From: an uncultured Chitinophagales bacterium
GTDB taxonomy: Bacteria > Bacteroidota > Rhodothermia > Balneolales > CAYWCV01
Length of the DNA stretch: 64,000 nucleotides
Reading direction: 5' to 3'
Assembly: GCA_964629885.1 (NCBI GenBank)
Contig: CAZVRJ010000001.1
Coordinates: forward strand, 19,638 to 83,637
Part shown: positions 27,362-36,011 of the stretch, in pieces
How the letters are laid out: every line of letters starts with the position of its first letter
Position numbering within the stretch: the first letter of the stretch is position 1
The notes under the pieces: generated by a model
Seen by the model: only the letters and a program-made list of their open reading frames with translations
The model's database searches: none
Told to the model about the DNA's origin: nothing
Program-made: the position numbers and the translations under genes

Positions 27362-28229
27362 CCGTTGGGTAACTCGATCGTATGCCAAAATCAATCTTGG
27401 ACTTTTTGTGCATGGGCGTATGCCCGACGGATATCATGATATCGAGACAGGCTTTGCTTACATCGACTGGAGTGATACGTTTCGAGTAAAAGTGGCCCCA
27501 CAATCGCGTATTCGTTTTTCAGATCCAGACATTCGTCCAGATGAAACCAACACCGTAGTGAAGGCATACCGCCTGTTCATGCACGAGTTCGGGTTGTCTC
27601 GTAACTACGATATCATGGTGGAAAAATCCATTCCAATGGGTGCTGGTCTCGGCGGAGGTAGCAGCAACGCTGCCACCATGCTTCGCATCTTGAGCAAGCT
27701 CGAAAACCGAAACATCCCACTCGACCGATTGGCCGACACTGGGGCTCTCGTCGGTTCAGATGTGCCTTTTTTCTTGAGTGGCGACACGGCAATTGGCACC
27801 GGCAGAGGAGTAAACTTGAAATCAGCATCCATCCAACCCGACGCTTGGATTTTGACAGTATACCCCAATTTCGAGAGCAGCACCACAGAGGCATACCGAT
27901 ATTGCGAACCGAATACCGACCATGAGCTTACAATTGCATCGATTCTGTTAGACACTGATATCGAAGAGTGGTCTTATCTTCTCACCAACGATCTTGAACC
28001 GTCAGTGATGGTGCAGCACCCCATGATTGGCGATATCAAAGACCAAATGATGGATTTCGGCGCCATTTATGCTGCGATGTCGGGTAGCGGGTCCTCTGTC
28101 TATGGCCTGTTCACGCAAGACTTTGTCGCTCTCAATGCTTGGCACGGATTTATAGATTTAGGGATGCGTGGGAACCTGACTAGACCGATGTTCAAACCCG
28201 ATCCGGGTATCTATGTGGATGAGTCTTGA
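27348..28229 (+). CDS. ispE: 4-(cytidine 5'-diphospho)-2-C-methyl-D-erythritol kinase
   Basis: 293 aa. AKINLGL…, GHMP-kinase motif PMGAGLGGGSSNAA, and …MSGSGSSVYGLF. It overlaps the upstream gene by 14 nt. Confidence 0.9.
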   Translation: MEQADRWVTRSYAKINLGLFVHGRMPDGYHDIETGFAYIDWSDTFRVKVAPQSRIRFSDPDIRPDETNTVVKAYRLFMHEFGLSRNYDIMVEKSIPMGAGLGGGSSNAATMLRILSKLENRNIPLDRLADTGALVGSDVPFFLSGDTAIGTGRGVNLKSASIQPDAWILTVYPNFESSTTEAYRYCEPNTDHELTIASILLDTDIEEWSYLLTNDLEPSVMVQHPMIGDIKDQMMDFGAIYAAMSGSGSSVYGLFTQDFVALNAWHGFIDLGMRGNLTRPMFKPDPGIYVDES

Positions 28230-28339
28230 AACCGCTTCCAGCGATTTAGCCGGCACTTTCTGCAGAAATCAGTATTTTAAAGGTTATATGTCGCCATTTG
28301 CGACATACTGATTCTATCATCTGCACCATTCCCCTATTT

Positions 28340-30796
28340 ATGGAAACGAAAACGATCTCCCCAAGAACCGGCATGGACGTCGAAAGTCTAGCCATGGATA
28401 TCCGCAACCACATGCGGTATACCTTAGCAAAGGACAACTTTTCTGCCAACGACTGGGATCGTTACAGAAGCCTTGTTCTCTCAGTACTCGATCGTCTACA
28501 TGACAAGTGGATACTGACGCAGCAGAAGTATTACGAAAAGGATGTCAAGAGGGTTTACTATATATCGATGGAGTTCCTTATCGGACGTCAGCTCGACAAC
28601 GCACTGTTGAATTTGGGGATCAAAGAAGAGGTCAAAAAAGCCCTTGAAGAGGTCGGATTTAATTATGATGAACTCCGCGACGCTGAATGGGATGCGGGTC
28701 TAGGTAACGGTGGTCTCGGCCGCTTAGCAGCCTGCTTCCTCGACTCAATGGCCACCATGGGGCTACCCGGCTACGGCTACGGTATCCGATACGACTATGG
28801 CATCTTCTACCAGAAAATTATTGATGGCTTCCAGGTTGAGTCGCCCGATATGTGGTTGCGATTCGGAAATCCTTGGGACATCGTGCGCCCTAAATTGACC
28901 TATCCAATTAACTTTTATGGTGAAGTTGTATCAAAGACCACCGCAAGCGGCAAACTACAATTCGAGTGGAGAAACACGGAAAAGGTAATTGCTGTTGCCT
29001 ACGACACCCCTGTGCCTGGTTTTAACAACGATGTTGTCAACAACTTGCGCCTTTGGAAGGCCAGTGCCTCAAAGTCGATCGATCTGCACGTGTTCAACCA
29101 AGGCGACTACGTGAACGCTATTCGTGACATCGAACTTCAGGAGAATATTTCGCGTGTTCTATATCCAAACGACAAAGTGTTCGTGGGTATGGAACTACGC
29201 TTGAAGCAGGAGTATTTCCTCGTTTCAGCCACATTACAGGATATTATCCGCCGATTCAAAAAGCAGTACAGCGACTTCAGGCTACTTCCCGATAAAGTGG
29301 CCATCCAGTGCAACGATACGCACCCGAATTTGGCAATTCCAGAGTTGATGCGCATTCTCGTCGACATCGAGGGACTCGACTGGGACACCAGCTGGGACAT
29401 TACAACGCGCACTATTGCCTATACCAACCATACCATCCTTCCTGAGGCTCTTGAGAAGTGGCCTGTCACCCTGTTGCGCACACTATTGCCTCGACACCTG
29501 CAAATCATCTTCGAAATCAACAACCGTTTCCTTGGAAATGTGCGCAACCACTTTGGTGAAGATGTGAATCGCATTCGTCGCATGAGTATTATCGGCGAAG
29601 GTGAGAAACCTATGGTTCAGATGGCGAACCTTGGCATTGTGGGCTCGCATAAGGTAAACGGTGTTTCCGCTTTGCACACCGATCTGTTGAAAAAGACCAT
29701 TTTCAAGGATTTCCACGAAATGTGGCCCAACAAGTTCGTGAACATGACGAACGGAATCACCCAGAGAAGATGGCTTAACCAGTGCAATCCAAAGTTGTCG
29801 TCATTAATCAACGAAACCGTTGGTTCAGAATGGTATTATGACCTCAGCACGTTGGTGCAGCTTGAACCTCATGCAAACAAGGCTGCATTCCGTAAAAAGT
29901 TTGCCTCTGTAAAACACGCGAACAAGGTAGTACTCGCTAGTTATATAAAAGAGAAATACAACATCGATTTAAATTTGGACTCGATCTTCGACATTCAAAT
30001 TAAGCGTATGCACGAGTACAAGCGCCAATTGATGGCCATCTTTCACGCCATCACCTTGTACAATAGGATCAAAGCGAGCCCAAATGCTCCATTCCAACCA
30101 CGAACCATCATTTTTGGTGGAAAAGCGGCTCCAGGCTATGCCATGGCCAAGCTGCATATTAAACTTATTAATGATGTGGCAGAAGTGATCAACAATGATC
30201 CGGTGGTGGGCAACAAATTGAAGGTGGTCTTCATGGCCAATTACAGTGTTACTCTGGCCGAGATGTTAATTCCAGCCGCAGAACTCAGCGAGCAGATCTC
30301 CACTGCTGGTATGGAAGCATCGGGTACAGGCAATATGAAGTTTGCCCTCAACGGTGCACTAACTATTGGAACGATGGACGGTGCCAACGTAGAAATGAGC
30401 GAGGAAATAGGCGAGGAGAATATGTTCATCTTCGGCTTAAACGTCGATGGGGTAGCCAATTTACGTCAGAGTGGGTACAATCCGCATGATGTATACAACT
30501 CGAACGCAGAGCTCAAGCTTGTGATCGACCAACTACAAAGTGGTTACTTCAATCCTGACAAGACGGATTTGTACCATGCTATTGTCCATGCACTGATGAG
30601 CGAGGGCGACTACTTTTTGGTAATGGCCGATTTTGATGACTATCTACGTGCTCAAGCCGATGTCGAGAAGCTATATGCCGATACCGAGAAGTGGAACAAG
30701 ATGGCCATCTTGAATGTGGCTCGTGTGGGCAAATTCAGTTCAGATCGCACTATTAGCGACTACGCCCGCGAAATCTGGAACACAAAGCCCGTGTGA
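28340..30796 (+). CDS. glgP: Glycogen/maltodextrin phosphorylase
   Basis: GT35 hallmarks: YYISMEFLIGR, GLGNGGLGRLAACFLDS, and the PLP-lysine region EASGTGNMKFALNGALTIGT. The ATG at 28340 (METKTISP…) is preferred over the TTG at 28298 used by the ORF track. Confidence 0.95.
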   Translation: METKTISPRTGMDVESLAMDIRNHMRYTLAKDNFSANDWDRYRSLVLSVLDRLHDKWILTQQKYYEKDVKRVYYISMEFLIGRQLDNALLNLGIKEEVKKALEEVGFNYDELRDAEWDAGLGNGGLGRLAACFLDSMATMGLPGYGYGIRYDYGIFYQKIIDGFQVESPDMWLRFGNPWDIVRPKLTYPINFYGEVVSKTTASGKLQFEWRNTEKVIAVAYDTPVPGFNNDVVNNLRLWKASASKSIDLHVFNQGDYVNAIRDIELQENISRVLYPNDKVFVGMELRLKQEYFLVSATLQDIIRRFKKQYSDFRLLPDKVAIQCNDTHPNLAIPELMRILVDIEGLDWDTSWDITTRTIAYTNHTILPEALEKWPVTLLRTLLPRHLQIIFEINNRFLGNVRNHFGEDVNRIRRMSIIGEGEKPMVQMANLGIVGSHKVNGVSALHTDLLKKTIFKDFHEMWPNKFVNMTNGITQRRWLNQCNPKLSSLINETVGSEWYYDLSTLVQLEPHANKAAFRKKFASVKHANKVVLASYIKEKYNIDLNLDSIFDIQIKRMHEYKRQLMAIFHAITLYNRIKASPNAPFQPRTIIFGGKAAPGYAMAKLHIKLINDVAEVINNDPVVGNKLKVVFMANYSVTLAEMLIPAAELSEQISTAGMEASGTGNMKFALNGALTIGTMDGANVEMSEEIGEENMFIFGLNVDGVANLRQSGYNPHDVYNSNAELKLVIDQLQSGYFNPDKTDLYHAIVHALMSEGDYFLVMADFDDYLRAQADVEKLYADTEKWNKMAILNVARVGKFSSDRTISDYAREIWNTKPV

Positions 30797-30826
30797 TTTT
30801 GCCGAAAAATCTTTTGGGGGAATCTA

Positions 30827-31636
30827 TTAACGCAGCACGAAACGGAACGTGATAGTGCCCCATTGGGGCTCTTGCGGCACACCGCTTGGTAGGCGTGCGA
30901 AACGCCAGCTGCGGATAGTGGAAAGAACCTCTTTCTCGAGCGACGGACTCATCTTACGAAGTGGTACGATCTGATTCACGCGACCATCGGGCATCACCTG
31001 GAATCGTACCGATATAACCGCCTCAACCTCTTCGTTGTAATTCGGCATGGGCTGCTGAAGCGGGGCCCTCACAATATCGCCTTCCCATTCAAGCGAGAAT
31101 GGAGCCGCTTTGGTCGGATCGTTGGCGGTGCCCTGGTCGGCCGCTGCACCCGTTGTGCCACGGATATCGCCGCTACGCTGGGCGCCTTCCTGCTGCGTTG
31201 GAGCTTGTTGTGTTCGGGGTGGAACGGTAACCTCTTGGCGCTGACGATCGGTGGTACGGTCGGGATTCACTCGAGGTGTTTCAGGGGTGCGGATGATGTC
31301 GTTTTCGACAGGCTGCGTCTGTTTAGGGGCCTCTACGGGTTTGCTGACTTCGTTATTACGCGTCTCAGGAACCGGCTTAACCTCTTCGACCGGCTTAGGA
31401 TCAATCGGATCTATTGGCGATGGATTCGGGTTTGTGGCAACAAGCTCGGGCTTATCGATCGAAAACTGGCTCTGCATGCCATCTTTGAAATCGCCGATGG
31501 TCACCTCAAGGTAAGCGTAGCGTTGGGGTTCGGTACCCACAATAATGAACAGCGCAAGTAAGAATACAAGGCCATGTATCGCCAGCGAATAGATGACGCC
31601 CTCGCGCTCTTCCTTGCTAAAATTGATACGACTCAT
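30827..31636 (-). CDS. tonB: Energy transducer TonB family protein
   Basis: 269 aa. N-terminal TM anchor, Pro-rich spacer (…NPNPSPIDPIDPKPVEEVKPVPE…), C-terminal TonB_C-like domain. It follows exbB and exbD. Confidence 0.8.
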   Translation of the reverse strand: MSRINFSKEEREGVIYSLAIHGLVFLLALFIIVGTEPQRYAYLEVTIGDFKDGMQSQFSIDKPELVATNPNPSPIDPIDPKPVEEVKPVPETRNNEVSKPVEAPKQTQPVENDIIRTPETPRVNPDRTTDRQRQEVTVPPRTQQAPTQQEGAQRSGDIRGTTGAAADQGTANDPTKAAPFSLEWEGDIVRAPLQQPMPNYNEEVEAVISVRFQVMPDGRVNQIVPLRKMSPSLEKEVLSTIRSWRFARLPSGVPQEPQWGTITFRFVLR

Positions 31637-31639
31637 TCA

Positions 31640-32047
31640 TTACTCCTGTTCGGTGGCAATTACCGATCTCATCTCTAAGACTTGGCCCATGGTGAGAACG
31701 TCCACCAATTTTTGGATGTCAGCCTGCTTGTCGGCTCTAACTACTAACGTAGCCGTAGGATTTTTCGTATGTTCTTCGCGTATCCTGGCCCGCATCGTCT
31801 GCAAGTCGGATGCCTCTCGTCCCATCACATAGTACTTTCCGTCTTTAGTGATGGCCACTTCAAGGATCTTCGTTTCAGCTGGTGCGCCACTTTCAGCTTG
31901 TGGAATTTCAACCTTGATACCGAAGTTGGTCACAAACGATGATGTAAGCAAAAAGAAGATGAGCAAGAGCATCACAATGTCGGTAAGCGACGAATGTGAG
32001 AACATCGATAGGACCTTGGGGCGGGTACTGTCGTCGCGGAAATTCAT
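31640..32047 (-). CDS. exbD: Biopolymer transporter ExbD/TolR
   Basis: 135 aa. …SLTDIVMLLLIFFLLTS… is the TM segment with the conserved Asp, on an ExbD-fold length. It overlaps exbB by 4 nt. Confidence 0.88.
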   Translation of the reverse strand: MNFRDDSTRPKVLSMFSHSSLTDIVMLLLIFFLLTSSFVTNFGIKVEIPQAESGAPAETKILEVAITKDGKYYVMGREASDLQTMRARIREEHTKNPTATLVVRADKQADIQKLVDVLTMGQVLEMRSVIATEQE

Positions 32048-32787
32048 CGTACTGGCGGGGTTGTGGTCGTTTTCTTTGGAGCAGGTGTCTGCAGTAGATC
32101 GATGAAATCGGTCGAAGCTGCTTCCAATTCAAAAATCTTACGATTGATTTTAGTGAGCAGGAAGTTGTAGAACCCATAGGCGATAATACCTACCAACAAT
32201 CCAAAGGCAGTGGTGATGAGTGCCTCCCAAATACCGCCTGCCAGCATGCTTGGGTTAACCTGTCCCTCCATAGTCTGGATCTGTTGGAAGGCCTCGATCA
32301 TACCAGTAACTGTACCCAAGAAGCCCAAAAGGGGCGCTACACCAGCGATGGTCGCAAGCCAATCCATCTTGCTTTCGAGACGATATGCTTCAGCCTTGCC
32401 TGCCGACATGATAGCATCCTCAATTTCTTTAATCGGGCGTCCTAATCGTTGAAGACCTTTAACCAAGATCCTAGCCAGTGGTTTGTCGGTCTGCTCGCAG
32501 TAGCGAATGGCTTGACGCACATTGCCTTCGGTGAGCATATCGTGAACATCTGCAAGGAAGCCATCCATTTTCATGGATGACTTTGAGATCACTCTCCATC
32601 GCTCAACGACCACAATAATGGCAATTACAGACAGCACTGCGATGGGAACCATCAATAAGCCGCCCTGTACGAGCATGTCGAGCAGAGTCATGCGTTCTGG
32701 TTCCGCATATGCCATGCTGAGTGTGTCCATCATGGCTGGATCGATCTGAAAGGCCAATAACAAGGTGCTGATCATGAAAACAGGCAT
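32044..32787 (-). CDS. exbB: MotA/TolQ/ExbB proton-channel protein
   Basis: 247 aa. Three TM segments and the conserved …IAGVAPLLGFLGTVTGMI…AL.TTAFGL… motif. Confidence 0.9.
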   Translation of the reverse strand: MPVFMISTLLLAFQIDPAMMDTLSMAYAEPERMTLLDMLVQGGLLMVPIAVLSVIAIIVVVERWRVISKSSMKMDGFLADVHDMLTEGNVRQAIRYCEQTDKPLARILVKGLQRLGRPIKEIEDAIMSAGKAEAYRLESKMDWLATIAGVAPLLGFLGTVTGMIEAFQQIQTMEGQVNPSMLAGGIWEALITTAFGLLVGIIAYGFYNFLLTKINRKIFELEAASTDFIDLLQTPAPKKTTTTPPVR

Positions 32788-32832
32788 TAGAGGGTATGAA
32801 TTTTAGAATATAACGCTTTTTGTTAGCTCAAA

Positions 32833-34029
32833 TTATTGCAGTCCATACTGTCGGACCACTTCTGATTGAAATTTTCTATCAAGAGTGAGGTTAGCCTGAC
32901 GCGCTGCTTCGCGGGTATCGAATTGTCCCAGATGCAGTTCCCACGCAATTTCGCCCTGCACACGTACCCGGAACAAGCGGGCTCGTGTGTTAGCAGCGAC
33001 GACTTCCTCAAATATTTCGTTGGCAACACGCTCGGTGAACATGGTGGCAGAAACGATCGTGAAATAGCTGGGCATGTCTGTCTGCCAAGGACCCACAAGT
33101 CCAAACGACCCAACCAAAGCCTCAACTTGCTCTTGCTCTAGCCCTTGTTCTAGCTCTTGCTCTTGCTCTTGTCCTTGCTCTTGTTGCTGTTCTTGCTCTT
33201 GCGTCTCGCTTCTCGTGTCTCGTGTCTCGTCAATCGTCGGCGAGTCAAGCGTAATGCTTCCCGGGTCGTTCCGGGTTACATACTCGGGAAATACATCATG
33301 GAACGACGGTACCCCGGCTCCATCGAGCCAGCCATTGTACCATGAGAAGCCGGCCCCTGCGAGTAGGGTCAAAGTTAACGCCACAACACCAAATAGCTTT
33401 CGCAAACGGTCGCCTTTGTGCACGTAGGCGTCGTCGATACGTATGTTGATCGGAACCGTATGGGGATCTTGCCATTTGAGTGGCGGCGTTTTGAGTCCAA
33501 TAGATATCGGAGGTGGCTCTGGCAGGGACTCAGCCATGACAGGCTCGGGTTCCAGCTGGTTAATCAGTTGATCGTGGAGAGTTGTTTCAATCTCGGCGTC
33601 ATGGGATTCAACTTCGGGAATCAGTTCTTCGAAGGCAACGGGGCTATCGGTCTCCACTGCCTCGTCGGTCTCGATGACGATTGGGGGTGCCTCTGGTTCG
33701 TTGATCACGAAGACCGCAGTCTCTGGCATTTCGAACTCCTCTGTGTCGGAGGTTACCATCTCCCTATCGGCCCCTTCAAGCATGATTGGCTGCATACCGT
33801 GGTACCGGAAATTGATGTCCATCACCAGCTGCGGATCTGGTTCGAACATCACATTATTTCCATCCATATAAAAAGTACCTAAACCCGGTAGATCCGCTTT
33901 TCCGTGCTCCTTAAGAGTTCGGTGCAAACTCTCTAAGACGTCGAGCAAATCGCTACCTGCTGTCTTGATCTCGATTCTTAGCCTATCTGATAGCAGATCT
34001 ATGAGCTTGTAGTGATCGATCATAATCAT
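32833..34029 (-). CDS. HU-like (HU-CCDC81-type) / SPOR domain protein
   Basis: 398 aa. N-terminal HU-like segment (…ADLPGLGTFYMDGNNVMFEP…), a central TM (LFGVVALTLTLLAGAGF), a Q/E-rich linker, and a C-terminal SPOR-like domain (…FTIVSATMFTERVANE…RVRVQGEIAWELHLGQFDTREAA…). Confidence 0.7.
   Translation of the reverse strand: MIMIDHYKLIDLLSDRLRIEIKTAGSDLLDVLESLHRTLKEHGKADLPGLGTFYMDGNNVMFEPDPQLVMDINFRYHGMQPIMLEGADREMVTSDTEEFEMPETAVFVINEPEAPPIVIETDEAVETDSPVAFEELIPEVESHDAEIETTLHDQLINQLEPEPVMAESLPEPPPISIGLKTPPLKWQDPHTVPINIRIDDAYVHKGDRLRKLFGVVALTLTLLAGAGFSWYNGWLDGAGVPSFHDVFPEYVTRNDPGSITLDSPTIDETRDTRSETQEQEQQQEQGQEQEQELEQGLEQEQVEALVGSFGLVGPWQTDMPSYFTIVSATMFTERVANEIFEEVVAANTRARLFRVRVQGEIAWELHLGQFDTREAARQANLTLDRKFQSEVVRQYGLQ
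33129..33231. repeat. Intragenic low-complexity DNA: GCTCTT-type hexamer tract followed by a heptamer repeat
   Basis: The hexamer tract includes a perfect (GCTCTT)x3 at 33153-33170. (TCTCGTG)x3 follows at 33211-31. Read on the minus strand, these encode QEQEQQQEQGQEQEQELEQGLEQEQ and DETRDTRSET. Confidence 0.85.
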
Positions 34030-34217
34030 GAATCCGGACTGAAGTTCAATCGATCGGCTGGAGGCGTCATCACTACGGTTCCGTCTGCTTGCGATCTTCG
34101 CTCCTGGGTATGGTGTTCAACCTTGAAGGTACCGAGCGATGGGATAGAAACGACACCCCGTTTCATGAGTTCTTCACGAATGATGTTTGCCAATTCAATC
34201 TTGAGGTCTTCATTCAT
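34026..34217 (-). CDS. Small HU-like (HU-CCDC81-type) protein
   Basis: 63 aa. …VVSIPSLGTFKVEHH… resembles an HU-fold beta-arm region. Its TGA overlaps the ATG of the next gene in an ATGA junction at 34026-34029. Confidence 0.5.
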   Translation of the reverse strand: MNEDLKIELANIIREELMKRGVVSIPSLGTFKVEHHTQERRSQADGTVVMTPPADRLNFSPDS

Positions 34218-34218
34218 A

Positions 34219-35871
34219 CTAAAATCTGATTACCACCCCTCCGTAAACTTGAAGCGGGCGTTCGGTGTAACCTTTCCACATTTGATATTCACTACCAAGT
34301 AGGTTTAATCCTTTTACATAAAAGCCCACTTGCTGAGCTACCATGATCTCTGCTTGTGCATTTAAAAGCATATAACCGTCAAGAAACTCACCCTCTACAC
34401 CGGTTTCACGGTCGCCGATGTAGTGAACCCAGCTTTTGATGGCAATTCTACGAAATGGGGTAATCTGTGTCTCAGCTATGAGGCCAGTATTCTCCAAGAA
34501 TGGGACTTTTGATCCATCATCCAGCTTGTGGTTCTGATTATAGATAGTGCCATGCAATGTTAATAACGATGGGATGATCGTAACCTGCGCGCCGGCTTGA
34601 ATGCGGAGCTGGCGCATATTGTCGTCGTACATTACATCGTATAGAGCACCCGGAACTAAAAGTGGCCTCTTTTGGAAATAGCCGTACTTAGGAGATAACC
34701 TGTATTGTACTCCACCCGACACCGTGATTGCATTTAAAAGATTGAGATCGAGTCGTCCGTCGGCAACCCATTTACTCTCATTTTCAGGATTAATATCTAA
34801 CCCAGAGAAACGATTGGCATTGTGAACACCTTCGAGACCCATATTGGTGGCCTCACCATAAAGATGACCTGTAACGATGATGTTCTGAAGGCCGAAATAT
34901 TCAATTTTTGCGTCCGGATAGATGTATGGCTTGCTGCCGGAGGCGTCAGATCCATAGTATAGCCGCCCACCGAGGGTGATCCTGCTGTTGTAATTTTGTC
35001 GTGATTGATAACTCGGCATAACGCCGGCTAGTGCCCAAGATTGAGACGTCCCGTCGGTCCGCTGATATTGTGAGACGTCTAAACGCCCATGCACAAGAAA
35101 GATGTCATTGATGCGGTTACCGGCCCATTGGGTGGTTGAACGCGCCGTAAGGCGGTGTTCTTCGTTGGTGAATTCCGAAATGTTGGCACCAACTTTGAAA
35201 TAATCGTAACCTGCAATAACGTCGGTGTGAGTCAACGTATTGGTAACATGCCTATACTGCGCTTTGAAACCAGCACCCATATAATCTTTTTGGACGTCCG
35301 GGTTATTGGTATCGTTGAAGTCGTCGTGAACTGTACCCAATACCCTCAGGTTGCCCCGGTTTCCCATCTTGGTTGAGATTCCACCCTGAAAATTCATAAG
35401 CCTGTAAGCACTATTCACATCGAGGTGGCCACCACCGGCATCATAGGTGAATCCACCGATAAATGATGTCTGTGAGTTAATTGGTGCCTCAATAGATGCA
35501 CTCGCTTCCGGGCTGTTAAATCGCCCATATCCGCCTTTTGCATACAGACTAGTGCGCTGCGGATAGATAATTCTGCGCCGAGTCGGTGCTACGGGTCTCT
35601 CAAGATCGTCGATCGGCATGTTGGCTCTGATCTGCGCCTCAGTTTCCATAAACGGAAGCCTATTGGGATCGAGGGCATATAGCCGTTGGTTGTTGGTGAA
35701 TCCTAGGATCGGCTGCCGGATCAAATTGGCAAATCGCACCCTAAAATCACCTCTAATCTCGATGTCTTGTGGATCGATTTCGGGAAGAAGCGTTCCAGTT
35801 TGTGTCTGGCCATGCGAAATAGACCCGCACATTAGCAATAGTAACAGTGAAAAAAAGGTTTTCTTCATCAT
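34219..35871 (-). CDS. Outer-membrane beta-barrel protein (family not identified)
   Basis: 550 aa. Signal peptide MMKKTFFSLLLLLMCGSISHGQ, a long alternating-strand region rich in G/Y/N, and a C-terminal …GGVVIRF aromatic terminus typical of OMPs. Confidence 0.5.
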   Translation of the reverse strand: MMKKTFFSLLLLLMCGSISHGQTQTGTLLPEIDPQDIEIRGDFRVRFANLIRQPILGFTNNQRLYALDPNRLPFMETEAQIRANMPIDDLERPVAPTRRRIIYPQRTSLYAKGGYGRFNSPEASASIEAPINSQTSFIGGFTYDAGGGHLDVNSAYRLMNFQGGISTKMGNRGNLRVLGTVHDDFNDTNNPDVQKDYMGAGFKAQYRHVTNTLTHTDVIAGYDYFKVGANISEFTNEEHRLTARSTTQWAGNRINDIFLVHGRLDVSQYQRTDGTSQSWALAGVMPSYQSRQNYNSRITLGGRLYYGSDASGSKPYIYPDAKIEYFGLQNIIVTGHLYGEATNMGLEGVHNANRFSGLDINPENESKWVADGRLDLNLLNAITVSGGVQYRLSPKYGYFQKRPLLVPGALYDVMYDDNMRQLRIQAGAQVTIIPSLLTLHGTIYNQNHKLDDGSKVPFLENTGLIAETQITPFRRIAIKSWVHYIGDRETGVEGEFLDGYMLLNAQAEIMVAQQVGFYVKGLNLLGSEYQMWKGYTERPLQVYGGVVIRF

Positions 35872-36011
35872 AGATCAAATGTACCGATCGTCTTTGGAAA
35901 GGATCCCGATTATTGGGTTGAATATACCAATTTGAGGCTTGAGCACCTATACGAATGGTGCGCATGCAATCACCATTACCTCAGATTAACCAATTAGTGA
36001 GGCATTTATTG

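Noticed and set aside
28287-28307. 8-bp palindrome TATGTCGC-CATTT-GCGACATA between ispE and glgP.
   Set aside because: It is short, has no U-tract, and occurs once. It could be an operator or a weak hairpin, but it is not beyond what chance gives in 64 kb.
35964-35987. Hairpin AATGGTG-N10-CACCATT 25 nt downstream of the giant gene's stop.
   Set aside because: It has only a 7-bp stem and no U-tract. That is too weak to call a terminator with any confidence.
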